Shown: positions 38,121 through 51,307, numbered from the whole stretch's first letter. The stretch is 63,998 bases of DNA, filler included, from Vicugna vicugna (GCA_013265495.1; 78 parts of 74 records of this genome joined end to end with filler, not necessarily neighbours in it), one strand, 5' to 3'. A program made the numbers and translations. Notes: generated by a model not told the origin, from the sequence alone.

Positions 38121-39141
38121 TGTATTGGTGAGAATTCGATCAAAGAGTTTTTTCTGGTGCCAAATTTCCAAATTTAGATCCAGGTGATAGAAAAAACCTA
38201 TGAAATCAGAATAAATATTTGTAAGTATATATATGCTTTGTTTGGTGGATGAAAGTTCACTAATCCACATGTTCACAACTCAGAAACACATGTTTGTCGA
38301 ATCCATTTTTCATGTAGCATGTTCGGAACCCTGAATGCTATGTTGATGGAATTCATGTAAATTACATATCTATTAGGTGGAAATAACTCAAGAAGTATTT
38401 TTCTGAGAAAAATGCACGAATTTGAAACTTGTGTTACGGAAAGTTTTTGAAAATGTGTACACGAGTCTAGATGAAAATATTCCATTTATAGAGGTTGAAA
38501 GATCAATAATCCACATGCTCTCAACCCAGGAATGCATGTTTGTCGAATCCGTCATGCATGTAGCATGTACGGATCATGGAATCTCATGTTGATGGAATCT
38601 ATTCAAATTACGTATNNNNNNNNNNNNNNNNNNNNNNNNNNNNNNNNNNNNNNNNNNNNNNNNNNNNNNNNNNNNNNNNNNNNNNNNNNNNNNNNNNNNN
38701 NNNNNNNNNNNNNNNNNNNNNNNNNNNNNNNNNNNNNNNNNNNNNNNNNNNNNNNNNNNNNNNNNNNNNNNNNNNNNNNNNNNNNNNNNNNNNNNNNNNN
38801 NNNNNNNNNNNNNNNNNNNNNNNNNNNNNNNNNNNNNNNNNNNNNNNNNNNNNNNNNNNNNNNNNNNNNNNNNNNNNNNNNNNNNNNNNNNNNNNNNNNN
38901 NNNNNNNNNNNNNNNNNNNNNNNNNNNNNNNNNNNNNNNNNNNNNNNNNNNNNNNNNNNNNNNNNNNNNNNNNNNNNNNNNNNNNNNNNNNNNNNNNNNN
39001 NNNNNNNNNNNNNNNNNNNNNNNNNNNNNNNNNNNNNTCATGTTTGTCGCATCCGTCATGCATGTAGCATGTACGGAACCCGGAATTCCATCTTGGAGGA
39101 ATTCATGTAAATTACATATCGGTTAGGTGGGAATCGCTCCA
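38121..39141. repeat. SatC
   Basis: Monomer motifs in reverse orientation. Confidence 0.92.
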
Positions 39142-39639
39142 NNNNNNNNNNNNNNNNNNNNNNNNNNNNNNNNNNNNNNNNNNNNTTAATTAATTAANNN
39201 NNNNNNNNNNNNNNNNNNNNNNNNNNNNNNNNNNNNNNNNNATTTATCTAAGCTGACTGCCCTGGGCAGCTGGTTCATGGGTTCTCTCAGCTGGACATCT
39301 CCCCATTTAGTCCACCACATCTGTTTCAAGCAGCAAACAAGAGACTTTCTCATCTTTAGTATCTCCACGTGGGGATCTGGGGGACAGATGAACCATTCAG
39401 CTTCCAGCAGTAGTGTTTCATGACATCTGAGGAGCTCATCTGGCCTCCTACCAGAAAAAAGAAAGGTTTTAGGTTTAGAGGTGGGCTTTGTTGTTTTTTT
39501 CTTTTTTTCCCAACTTCTGTGCTAGTGGATCATAGTTTGATTTGTATATGAGTAGCAATGCTTTCTTTCTAATGATAGCCAAGACTTTGACACTGCACAC
39601 GTATTTCTCTTGAGGCTGTACAAGTGTGTGTTGTGTTAT

Positions 39640-39770
39640 GTATTTCCCTGTCTAAACTGAATGGTAAATCAATCATTTGGACTAGATTCAGTCCTGGCAA
39701 TTTAGAGAACCCTATATGCCCAATGCTGAGCCTGCCAGATAGTAGGTACTCAGTAAATGTTTGATGACAG
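39640..39770 (+). mobile_element. LINE-2 3' end
   Basis: gcctgccagatagtaggtactcagtaaatgtttg. Confidence 0.6.
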
Positions 39771-39901
39771 ACAATCTCTATTTTATAGCTGTCAAGTGGT
39801 TNNNNNNNNNNNNNNNNNNNNNNNNNNNNNNNNNNNNNNNNNNNNTTAATTAATTAANNNNNNNNNNNNNNNNNNNNNNNNNNNNNNNNNNNNNNNNNNN
39901 N

Positions 39902-40100
39902 TCAGAGTGCCAGCTTTGCTTTGACACAGTCTGAGGTTTAAACCAAGGCTCAGTCTTTTTAAACTGCAGTTTTCAGATCTGCAAAATGGAAATAAAAGTA
40001 TTACTGACCTCTTAGAGTTTTCATGTGGATTAAATGAAATAATGTATATGGTTCATGGAGCAAAGTGCCTGGCACAAAATAAGCTCTCAGTCCACGGTGG
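39902..40100 (+). mobile_element. MIR SINE
   Basis: cagttttcagatctgcaaaatggaaataa...ggattaaatgaaataatgtat...gtgcctggcaca. Confidence 0.8.
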
Positions 40101-40944
40101 CTGTTGTTGGAGTTCTAGGATCNNNNNNNNNNNNNNNNNNNNNNNNNNNNNNNNNNNNNNNNNNNNTTAATTAATTAANNNNNNNNNNNNNNNNNNNNNN
40201 NNNNNNNNNNNNNNNNNNNNNNGTTTGCTGGAGGACTTCTTTCTTCTATGAGATTGTCCATATGTTATAACTCCAAATGTCATATAAAATTGGGACTATA
40301 TAAGTTCCCAGAGCTCTACCTATAAATAGCACATGGTATTGAGATCAGAATATAATTGCTTATTATTCCAAGTACATGTTCTAGAAAACAAAATAATGTA
40401 AAGGTCTATATACACTTGCATATCATTTTTCATGAATGTGTAAGTAAACTAGACACCACTTTTAAAATCCCTAAAAATTTTGTCTTAATCTAGTTGCAAA
40501 TCCTGTGAAATCCTGCCTTATTTTTAGATAATCAGAGAGTATAAGGCTCATATCTTTCTGGATATGTAGCCAAAACTTGAAAAGAAGAAAAAAAAACACT
40601 GTATTTGGATCAGTTTATCAGGGTTCAAAGGCAATATGAAACCTCAGTTCTCTATTTGAAGGTTCTGGTACCTTAACATTTCCCTACTGGACATCATCAG
40701 TGTTCTACTTTCCATTATCTGGCACATAGACAAGATGCGAACATTCCCCTGCACCCAGCGCTGACCCCAGGGGACTCTCCCGTGGATCTCCACCTCAGGT
40801 AGGCAGTGATACACTGATGCCATTCTCCGAATGTGAACCGTTAGCTCAGGTTTTTTCAAATATTTTCATCCACAATCTGTACTAAATTATGAATTTTATA
40901 TCTCCACTCTATGGACACACACACATAAGAGATTCTGAAATAAT

Positions 40945-41106
40945 ACGCTCCCAGGCCATCTCCCTCCACCTACACCACGCTCACTCTCAAGCCCGGGCAG
41001 CTGCGAGCGTACGTGTAAGACGCGTCCGGCTCAGCCCAGGAGCGAGACTGCCTCCCCGGTATTCTGTCCGCTCCGCCGCCGCCTCCCTTCTTCCCGCCGC
41101 CGCCTC
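40945..41106. promoter_or_regulatory. Edge of a CpG island or GC-rich 5'UTR-like sequence
   Basis: Abrupt shift to CpG-dense sequence with (ccg)n runs at the scaffold end; gene not identified. Confidence 0.4.
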
Positions 41107-41728
41107 NNNNNNNNNNNNNNNNNNNNNNNNNNNNNNNNNNNNNNNNNNNNTTAATTAATTAANNNNNNNNNNNNNNNNNNNNNNNNNNNNNNNNNNNNNN
41201 NNNNNNTCCTTTCCCCTTTCCCATCCTCCACCAAAAGAACCTCTCAGAAAAGTAGATTCAAATTATTTTAAACGTTGGCTCATCCTCATGAAATGATAGT
41301 ATCATAAAAAAAACTGCGCACATCCCAGAATATATTTTATTTGATTTACACACACACATGTGCGTGCAAACACACACACACACAAAATCAGTCTACCTCC
41401 CACTTGCAGAGGGAGAAGGTCCACTTTTTCTGAGTTTTCATTCACAGAGAGTGAGACACAGAGAGTGAGAACAATGTCTCTTACACAGACTTTCACCAGG
41501 CTTCGTGCATGGTGTTTTTAATTGAATTTCCGTTTGTGGCAATAGATATAGTCTCCTAATAGAAGAGAGAAAGTGGAGATATTGACATTCCGCTGAGATA
41601 TTGGTGTCATCATATTTTAGTTGTAAAGNNNNNNNNNNNNNNNNNNNNNNNNNNNNNNNNNNNNNNNNNNNNTTAATTAATTAANNNNNNNNNNNNNNNN
41701 NNNNNNNNNNNNNNNNNNNNNNNNNNNN

Positions 41729-42172
41729 GCGGGGTCACCCTGGAGCGAAGTGAAGCCAACATTAAGCACGAGCAGTGATGACAATGAACCGGGTTTCCAC
41801 CCTTGGACCCCGGAGGCCAGGAGCTCCCCCTCCCCGGTGAAGATGCAGAGTGCCAGGAACTGTCTTTTCATCTTCATTCTGACCACGTCCGCGCCCGGGC
41901 CTGGACCCGCTTGCCGTCTTGGCGGATGTGTTTGGACCTCTGGCAGGGGCGGGAGCACGCTGGGCCCTTGAAGTGCTGGATGGTCAGATCAGAAGCCCAG
42001 CAGAGAACGGAAATGTGTCTGCGATTGCCGCCAATCTCAGCCCACTGGCTGGCCACGCCCGCTGCCTGGACCGCAGCCCGGAGAGGAGCAGCTGCGGCGG
42101 CCGAGCAGCAGGGAGTGGGAGATGCCGGGCCGCCGGGACCTGCCCGAGGGCTGCCGGGAGCTCTCCTCTCTG
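41729..42172. promoter_or_regulatory. CpG-island-like fragment
   Basis: GC- and CpG-rich, with a GC box (ggggcggg, ~41946) and CCAAT (~42031). Confidence 0.35.
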
Positions 42173-42272
42173 NNNNNNNNNNNNNNNNNNNNNNNNNNNN
42201 NNNNNNNNNNNNNNNNTTAATTAATTAANNNNNNNNNNNNNNNNNNNNNNNNNNNNNNNNNNNNNNNNNNNN

Positions 42273-43141
42273 TGAATTATATATACCCCAATTTTAATCC
42301 CTTTGAAATTTTTTAAATTTATTTATTATTATTATTTTTCAAACCTCTGCTTCAAATTCCTTTTCTATTATTCATTTTACAATGCCTTCAAAACTTTATT
42401 TAGCCCTTCTTTAAAATTCTTTATCTTTCTCTCTCTTTTATCTCTTTTCTAAGTTGTATAACTACATAGGCTTTAGGTAGTTAAACTCCTTTAGGACCAC
42501 AGTAGATAACTGATACACCAAAAACCACAGTGCCAGAGAGGTAGTAGAAATTTGAAGAAGCATAGAAACAATTCCCTATTAAAAGAACAAGAGAAATCAC
42601 CTGAAAGAATGATCAGTGAAATAGACATCGATATCCAACTTGATCAAGATTTCAAAAACGGAGTGACCAAATACTGAAGGTAATAAAAGAGATAGTGTTT
42701 ACAGATATAAAATATGACAAAAATGAAATGGAAGATTTAATGAAGTGCCGAGTAGAATAGGTAAACATGTTGACTGAGATGAGGAATGATTTAGAGGTGT
42801 AGCAAAGCTGACTAGATAATGCAGAGGAATGAATTAGTGACTTAGAAGACACGACAATAGAAAGCACCCAATCAGAAGAGCTACAAGAGAAACAATGAGA
42901 AACAATTGAAAAAAGCTCAAGAGACCTATGAGATGACCTATGAGATAATAGAAAGCATGCCAATCTTGGCAAGATAGAAGTCCAAGAAGGGGAAGAAAGA
43001 TCAAAGGGGAGTGCAAAGTTTTTCTAGAAATCATGACTGAGAACTTCCGAAACTTAGAGAAGGAATCAGATATCCAAATACAGGAAGCCCAGAGTATCCC
43101 AAACATGAAGAACACAAATACACCTGCACTAAGACATATAA
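42273..43141 (+). mobile_element. LINE-1 5'UTR end and ORF1 N-terminal half, decayed
   Basis: aaagaacaagagaaatcacctgaaaga, aatgcagaggaatgaattagtgacttagaagac, atccaaatacaggaagcccagag. Confidence 0.88.
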
Positions 43142-43241
43142 NNNNNNNNNNNNNNNNNNNNNNNNNNNNNNNNNNNNNNNNNNNNTTAATTAATTAANNN
43201 NNNNNNNNNNNNNNNNNNNNNNNNNNNNNNNNNNNNNNNNN

Positions 43242-44063
43242 ACCCAGAATTTAGAACATGGAATGCAGAAAACAGAATTTAGAGTAAACAATACAGAATG
43301 ATGAATATAGTCCTTAGAACATAGAATGCAGAACACAGAATATAGAATAGACAATACTGAAAAAAGAATTTAGAATATAGAATGTAGAACTCAGAATATA
43401 CAATATAGAATACGGGATGCAGTATATAGAATATAGAATATAGAATATAGAATGATGAACACAAAATATATAATATAGAATAGAGAATAAAGAAGCCAGC
43501 ATTTAGAACATGGAATGTAGTACACAGAATTTAGAATATAGAATACAGAATACTGAATATAGAATTTAGAATATANNNNNNNNNNNNNNNNNNNNNNNNN
43601 NNNNNNNNNNNNNNNNNNNNNNNNNNNNNNNNNNNNNNNNNNNNNNNNNNNNNNNNNNNNNNNNNNNNNNNNNNNNNNNNNNNNNNNNNNNNNNNNNNNN
43701 NNNNNNNNNNNNNNNNNNNNNNNNNNNNNNNNNNNNNNNNNNNNNNNNNNNNNNNNNNNNNNNNNNNNNNNNNNNNNNNNNNNNNNNNNNNNNNNNNNNN
43801 NNNNNNNNNNNNNNNNNNNNNNNNNNNNNNNNNNNNNNNNNNNNNNNNNNNNNNNNNNNNNNNNNNNNNNNNNNNNNNNNNNNNNNNNNNTGTAGAACAC
43901 AGTATATAGAATATAGAATACGGTATGCAGAATATGGGATGTAGAAAATAGAATTAAGAACACAGCATATAGAATATAGAATAGAGAATATACAACCCAG
44001 AATTTAGAATATGGTAAACCGAACACAGAATTTAGAATATAAAATAAAGAATACTGAATATAG
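43242..44063. repeat. SatE
   Basis: 7-nt periodicity. Confidence 0.95.
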
Positions 44064-44163
44064 NNNNNNNNNNNNNNNNNNNNNNNNNNNNNNNNNNNNN
44101 NNNNNNNTTAATTAATTAANNNNNNNNNNNNNNNNNNNNNNNNNNNNNNNNNNNNNNNNNNNN

Positions 44164-45405
44164 AGAATATAGAATACAGTATACGGAATGCAAAATATAG
44201 AATGTAGACTCTAGAATGAAAAACAAACATTTTAGATTATAGAATAGAGAATATAGAACCCAGAATTTATAACATGGAATGCAGGACAGAATTTAGAATA
44301 TAGAACAGAGAATAATGAATATAGAATTTAGAATATAGAATGTAGAACACAGAATATTGAATATAGAATACGGAATGCAAAATATAGAATACAGAATTTA
44401 GAATGTAGAAAACAGAATGTAGATTATGAAAAAGAATACACAAAAGAGAATTTAGAACATGGAATGCAGAANNNNNNNNNNNNNNNNNNNNNNNNNNNNN
44501 NNNNNNNNNNNNNNNNNNNNNNNNNNNNNNNNNNNNNNNNNNNNNNNNNNNNNNNNNNNNNNNNNNNNNNNNNNNNNNNNNNNNNNNNNNNNNNNNNNNN
44601 NNNNNNNNNNNNNNNNNNNNNNNNNNNNNNNNNNNNNNNNNNNNNNNNNNNNNNNNNNNNNNNNNNNNNNNNNNNNNNNNNNNNNNNNNNNNNNNNNNNN
44701 NNNNNNNNNNNNNNNNNNNNNNNNNNNNNNNNNNNNNNNNNNNNNNNNNNNNNNNNNNNNNNNNNNNNNNNNNNNNNNNNNNNNNNNNNNNNNNNNNNNN
44801 NNNNNNNNNNNNNNNNNNNNNNNNNNNNNNNNNNNNNNNNNNNNNNNNNNNNNNNNNNNNNNNNNNNNNNNTGTAGAACCCTATAGAATATGGAATTGAG
44901 TATATAGTACCCAGAATTTAGAACATGGGATGCAGAAAACAGAATTTAGATTATAGAATACAGAATACTTAATAAACATTTAAAAAATGAATGTAGAGCA
45001 CAGAATATAGAATATAAAACACATAAAACAGAATATAAAATTAAGAATATAGAATGTAGAAAACAGAATAAAAAATATAGCTTAGAGAATATTGAAGCCA
45101 GATTTTGGAACATGGAAATCAGAACTCAGTATTTAGAATATAGAATAAAGAATATTCACTATAGAATTTAGAATATAGAATGTAGAACACAGAATATAGA
45201 AAGTAGAATACAGAATAAAGAATCCAGAATAAAGAACATGCTATGCAGAACACAGAACACAGAATTTAGAATGTAGAATACAGAATTAGGAATCCAGAAT
45301 AAAGAACATGCTATGCAGAACACAGAAATTAAAATATAGATTACGTAATACTGAATATAGAATTTAGAATATACAATGTAAAAACAGAATAAAAAATATA
45401 TCTTA
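44164..45405. repeat. SatE
   Basis: 7-nt periodicity. Confidence 0.95.
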
Positions 45406-45505
45406 NNNNNNNNNNNNNNNNNNNNNNNNNNNNNNNNNNNNNNNNNNNNTTAATTAATTAANNNNNNNNNNNNNNNNNNNNNNNNNNNNNNNNNNNNNNN
45501 NNNNN

Positions 45506-46259
45506 CGGCAGGCACTTCAAACCGGCTCTAGGAAACAGACTGAGAAACTACAGTAATCGTTTCTCCTGCAACCAGTTTCCTTTGTGCTTGATGAACGAAA
45601 GTCTCTCCACATGCTCAGTTCGGAGAGATAAGTGTGTGTGAAAGCCGTACTTCACATAGCTTGAAGGGAACACAAAATTTCTTTTCACTTGCAAACCCCA
45701 GTCCATACATATATATGGGGAGGTACAAGCTCCAACTCGGTTTTATAGTGAAAACGGCAGGCACTTAAAGCGGCACTAGGAAACAGACTGCGAAACCACA
45801 GTAAGGGTTTCTACTGAAACCATTTCCCTTAATGCTGGATGAACGAACATCTCTCCACATGCTCAGTTCTGAGAGATAAGTGTGTGTGAATGCCGTCCTT
45901 CACCTAGCTTGAAGGGAACACAAAGTTTCTTTACAGTTGCCAATTCCACTCCATACTTATATCTTGGGATGTACAAGCTCCAACTCGGTTTTACAGTGAA
46001 AACGGCAGGCACTTCAANNNNNNNNNNNNNNNNNNNNNNNNNNCTCCTGCAACCCCTTCCCTTTGTGCTGGATGAACGAACGTCTCTCCACATGCTCAGT
46101 TCTGAGAGATAAGTGTGTGTGAAAGCCGTCCTTCACCTAGCTTGAAGGGAACACAAAGTTTATTTTCAGTTGCCAGCTCCTCTCCATACATATATATGTG
46201 GAGGTACAACCCCTAACTCGGTTTTACAGTGAAAATGGCAGGCACTTCCAACCGACACT
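45506..46259. repeat. SatA
   Basis: Three monomers of the 249-bp family. Confidence 0.95.
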
Positions 46260-46399
46260 NNNNNNNNNNNNNNNNNNNNNNNNNNNNNNNNNNNNNNNNN
46301 NNNTTAATTAATTAANNNNNNNNNNNNNNNNNNNNNNNNNNNNNNNNNNNNNNNNNNNNGTTAATAGATGTAGGTTAATAGATGTTACATGGATTTAGG

Positions 46400-47059
46400 T
46401 TACCCAACTCAAAGTGAAAAACAAAAACCCAATAAAACAATGGAGCAGAGTGCCTGAGTTAATATTTTTCCAAAGAAAACATAAAGATGAGTAACAGGCA
46501 AGTGTTAAAAATGTTCAACATTAATAATTATTTGTAATTGCAAATCAAAACCACAATTAGGTATCACTTCACACTGGTCAAATGGCTATTATCAAAAAGT
46601 ACAAATACAAAGTGTTAGAGAATATATGGAGGAAACAAATCTCTTTTACACTTTCGTAGGAATGTAAATTGGTACAACTGCTATGTAAAACAGTATTCAG
46701 ATTATTTAAAAAGTAAAAAGAGTACTACCATATGACCCAGTAATACCTCTCCTAGGAAAAATCTGGGGAAAAACACTAAATTGAGAAGAACCAATGTTCA
46801 CAACAGTACTGAACAGTACTGTTTATGCAAGACAGGGAATCAATCCAAGGGTCCACAGTAGACTATGGACTTAAGAAGATATGATGTTTCTATAAATATG
46901 CAATGGAATATTACTCAGCCATGAAAAAGTACAACACATTGCTCTTTCAGCATCATGAATGGACCTAGTAATTATTGTGCTTAGTGAGGTAACTTAGACA
47001 AAGGCAAAAGTATCTAATATAATTTATATGTGTAATATAAAGAATAACACATATCTCTG
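46400..47059 (+). mobile_element. LINE-1 ORF2 end / 3'UTR, decayed
   Basis: gcaaatcaaaaccacaattaggtatcacttcacactggtca, caatggaatattactcagccatgaaaa. Confidence 0.85.
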
Positions 47060-47159
47060 NNNNNNNNNNNNNNNNNNNNNNNNNNNNNNNNNNNNNNNNN
47101 NNNTTAATTAATTAANNNNNNNNNNNNNNNNNNNNNNNNNNNNNNNNNNNNNNNNNNNN

Positions 47160-47831
47160 AAACCCTCAGGGGAGACGAGCTTATGCTTTCCGTTAGAACC
47201 GACGTGCTGCCGAACGTTGTTGTAACCTTCCCACACTCAGGATTCGGGAATAATTGTCCGTGCGTGGGGGAGCACGAGAGACATCTCCACGTAGCTCTCT
47301 TCAGTCACAGGTGTTCCCTGTTGGGGGAAGTCCGAAAAAAACCTTCCCTTACCTTGGGGAGGCAGCCTCTGTCACTGGGATATCCTGCAAACCCCCCTAG
47401 CATTCCCTGGTACAGAGACATAAGGGAAAAACTCAGGGGAGACGAGCTTAGGCTTTCCGTTAGATCCCACGCGCTGCCGACCGTTGGTGGAACCTCCCCA
47501 AGCTCAGGATTCCGGAAACATTGTCAGTGCGTGGGGGAGCTCGAGAGAAAACCCCACGCACCTCTCTTCAGTCACATGGGTTCCCTGTTCTGGGAAGTCC
47601 GAGAAATACATTCCCTTACCTTGGGGAGGCAGCCTCTGTCACTGGGATACCCTGCAAACATCACAGAGACGAAAACCCTCAGGGGAGACGAGCTTATGCT
47701 TTCCGTTAGTACCCACGTGCTGCCGAACGTTGTTGTAACCTCCCCACGCTCAGGATTCGGAAATAATTGTCCGTGCGTGGGGGAGAACGAGAGACATCTC
47801 CACGTAGCTCTCTTCAGTCACAGGTGTTCCC
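47160..47831. repeat. SatB, 513-bp dimeric arrangement
   Basis: ctcagggg at 47165, 47432 and 47678. Confidence 0.93.
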
Positions 47832-47931
47832 NNNNNNNNNNNNNNNNNNNNNNNNNNNNNNNNNNNNNNNNNNNNTTAATTAATTAANNNNNNNNNNNNN
47901 NNNNNNNNNNNNNNNNNNNNNNNNNNNNNNN

Positions 47932-48419
47932 TGGCAGTAGAAAACCTTACTCAGGTTTCTCAATCTGTTTCCTACTACCATTTGAATTTTCCTGCAGCAT
48001 TTACTGAAAAACAGAGTTGGAACCTGTACCTCCACAAATATATGCAGATAGAGGACATTGAAACTAAAAAGAAACTTGTTCTTCCATTGAAGCTAGGTGA
48101 AGGACGGATTACACACACATTTATCTCTCAGAACTGAGCATGTGGAGAGACGTTCGTTCATCTAGCACAAAGGGAACGGGTTGCAGGGGAAACACTAACT
48201 GTGGATTCTCAGTCTGTTTCCTAGTGCCGGTTTCAAGTTTCTGCAGTTTTCACTGTAAAAGCGAGTTAGAGCTTGTACCTCGCAATATATATGTGTGGAG
48301 TAGAGTTGGCAACTGAAAGGAAACTATGTGTTCCCTTCAAGCTAGTTGAAGGACGGCTTCCATACACACTTACATCTCAGAACTGAACATGTGGAGAGAC
48401 TTTCGTTCATCCAGCACAA
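47932..48419. repeat. SatA, diverged
   Basis: tctctcagaactgagcatgtggagagacgttcgttcat. Confidence 0.92.
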
Positions 48420-48519
48420 NNNNNNNNNNNNNNNNNNNNNNNNNNNNNNNNNNNNNNNNNNNNTTAATTAATTAANNNNNNNNNNNNNNNNNNNNNNNNN
48501 NNNNNNNNNNNNNNNNNNN

Positions 48520-49675
48520 AAATACCTTCCCTGAACTTGGGGAGTCAGCCTCTGTCACTGTGATTTCCTGTAACACCCCTAGCTTTCCCTGGCACAGAGA
48601 CATGAGGAAAACACTCAGGGGAGACGAGCACAGGCATTCCGTTAGAACCCACGCGCTACCGACCGTTGGTGGAACCTCCCCACGCTCAGTATTCCGGAAC
48701 CATAGTCATTGAGTGGGGGAGCTCGAGAGACAACTCCACGCAGCNNNNNNNNNNNNNNNNNNNNNNNNNNNNNNNNNNNNNNNNNNNNNNNNNNNNNNNN
48801 NNNNNNNNNNNNNNNNNNNNNNNNNNNNNNNNNNNNNNNNNNNNNNNNNNNNNNNNNNNNNNNNNNNNNNNNNNNNNNNNNNNNNNNNNNNNNNNNNNNN
48901 NNNNNNNNNNNNNNNNNNNNNNNNNNNNNNNNNNNNNNNNNNNNNNNNNNNNNNNNNNNNNNNNNNNNNNNNNNNNNNNNNNNNNNNNNNNNNNNNNNNN
49001 NNNNNNNNNNNNNNNNNNNNNNNNNNNNNNNNNNNNNNNNNNNNNNNNNNNNNNNNNNNNNNNNNNNNNNNNNNNNNNNNNNNNNNNNNNNNNNNNNNNN
49101 NNNNNNNNNNNNNNNNNNNNNNNNNNNNNNNNNNNNNNNNNNNNNNNNNNNNNNNNNNNNNNNNNNNNNNNNNNNNNNNNNNNNNNNNNNNNNNNNNNNN
49201 NNNNNNNNNNNNNNNNNNNNNNNNNNNNNNNNNNNNNNNNNNNNNNNNNNNNNNNNNNNNNNNNNNNNNNNNNNNNNNNNNNNNNNNNNNNNNNNNNNNN
49301 NNNNNNNNNNNNNNNNNNNNNNNNNNNNNNNNNNNNNNNNNNNNNNNNNNNNNNNNNNNNNNNNNNNNNNNNNNNNNNNNNNNNNNNNNNNNNNNNNNNN
49401 NNNNNNNNNNNNNNNNNNNNNNNNNNNNNNNNNNNNNNNNNNNNNNNNNNNNNNNNNNNNNNNNNNNNNNNNNNNNNNNNNNNNNNNNNNNNNNNNNNNN
49501 NNNNNNNNNNNNNNNNNNNNNNNNNNNNNAGCTCTCTTCAGTCACAGGTTTTCCCTGCTTGGGGAAGTCCGAGAAATAACTTACCTGACCTTGGGGAGGC
49601 AGCCTATGTCACTGGGATTTCCTGCAACACACCCTAGCATTCCCTAGCACAGAGACATGAGGAAAACCCTCAGGG
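48520..49675. repeat. SatB, subfamily 2
   Basis: Diagnostic catagtcattgagtg, gagcacaggc, ggatttcctg. Confidence 0.92.
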
Positions 49676-50382
49676 GNNNNNNNNNNNNNNNNNNNNNNNN
49701 NNNNNNNNNNNNNNNNNNNNTTAATTAATTAANNNNNNNNNNNNNNNNNNNNNNNNNNNNNNNNNNNNNNNNNNNNCTGGTTACAGAAATTCGAGGCGGG
49801 AACACAACAGTGCACTGCATGCGTCTGCCGGCTTCATGGGCTGCTCAGTGTCAATTTCATTTTCTTGGGTTGCAGTTTAGGACGGATTTCCATGAGAAAT
49901 ATTGCTCAGAATTTTCCTGAATGAAGGATTGAATTTTCCACAGGAAATATTATGAAAGAGAGTGAAACAAGGCACAAGGGTTTCCCATAAAGGAATAGTT
50001 GATGTAATAAACTCTCACTATGGTGAATATTTTTAATAAAAGCCAGTTGAAAATTTTATCACTAGGTCAAATGGCACAAATCCGTCTGAGGAAAAAAGAT
50101 TCAAATTTTATAGAAGTGGATTGAATCAAGTAGAAATTATGATTTCTACACTATTTGTTGAAAGAACTTATAATCAGTCTTATCATAATTGCCGGTGGTA
50201 GGAAGTGGATCACTATTTATTTCTTAAAAAGAAATCAACAAGGTGCTATTTGCCCCATTCTTGATGCGGCAGTCCTGTGGTTNNNNNNNNNNNNNNNNNN
50301 NNNNNNNNNNNNNNNNNNNNNNNNNNTTAATTAATTAANNNNNNNNNNNNNNNNNNNNNNNNNNNNNNNNNNNNNNNNNNNN

Positions 50383-51207
50383 TATTCAACATTCTATATT
50401 CTGTATTCTATATTCTAAATTCTGTGTCCTGAATTACCTGTTGTAAATTCTGGGTTCTGTATTCTGTATTCTATATTCTATATTCTGTGTTCTGAACTGA
50501 ATGTCCTGAAATCTAGTTTCTGTATCTGTATTCGATATTCTATATTATGTGTTATACATTTTGTATACTAGATTCTATATTCTGTATAATATATTCTATA
50601 TTCTGTGTTCGACATTCTATATTCTAAATTCTATATTCACTATTCTGTATTCTACATTCTAAATTCTGTGTTCTGTATTCTATGTTCTAAATTCTATATT
50701 CATTATTCTGTATACTATATTCTAAATTCTGTGTTCTGCATTCCATAAAATTCCGGATTCTGTATTCTGTTTTCCATATTCTATATTCTGTGTTCTACAT
50801 TCAATATTCTGTATACCATATTCTTCATTCCGTGTTCTATATTCTATATTCTGTGTTCTACGTTCTATATTCTAAATTGTGTATTCAGTATTCTGTTTTC
50901 TATACTCTAAATTCTGTGTTCTGCATTCTATGTTCTAAATTCTATATTCAGTATTCTGTTTTATATATTCTAAATTCTGTGCTTGCATTCCATGTTCTAA
51001 ATTATGGGTTCTCTATTTTCTATTCTATATTCTATATTCTGTGTTCTACATTCTATATTCTAAATTCTATATTCAGTATTCCGTATTCTATAGTCTAAAT
51101 TCTGTGTTCTGAATTCCATGTTCTAAATTCTGGGTTCTGAATTTTATTTCCCTTATTCTAATTTCTGTGTTCTACATTCTATATTTTGTATACCATATTC
51201 TTCATTC
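50383..51207. repeat. SatE, reverse orientation
   Basis: (tattcta)n periodicity. Confidence 0.95.
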
Positions 51208-51307
51208 NNNNNNNNNNNNNNNNNNNNNNNNNNNNNNNNNNNNNNNNNNNNTTAATTAATTAANNNNNNNNNNNNNNNNNNNNNNNNNNNNNNNNNNNNN
51301 NNNNNNN

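Noticed and set aside
41729..41958. Minus-strand ORF with MKMKRQFLALCIF resembling a signal peptide
   Set aside because: The hydrophobic core is short, no homolog was recognised, and overlapping ORFs in several frames are expected in GC-rich DNA.
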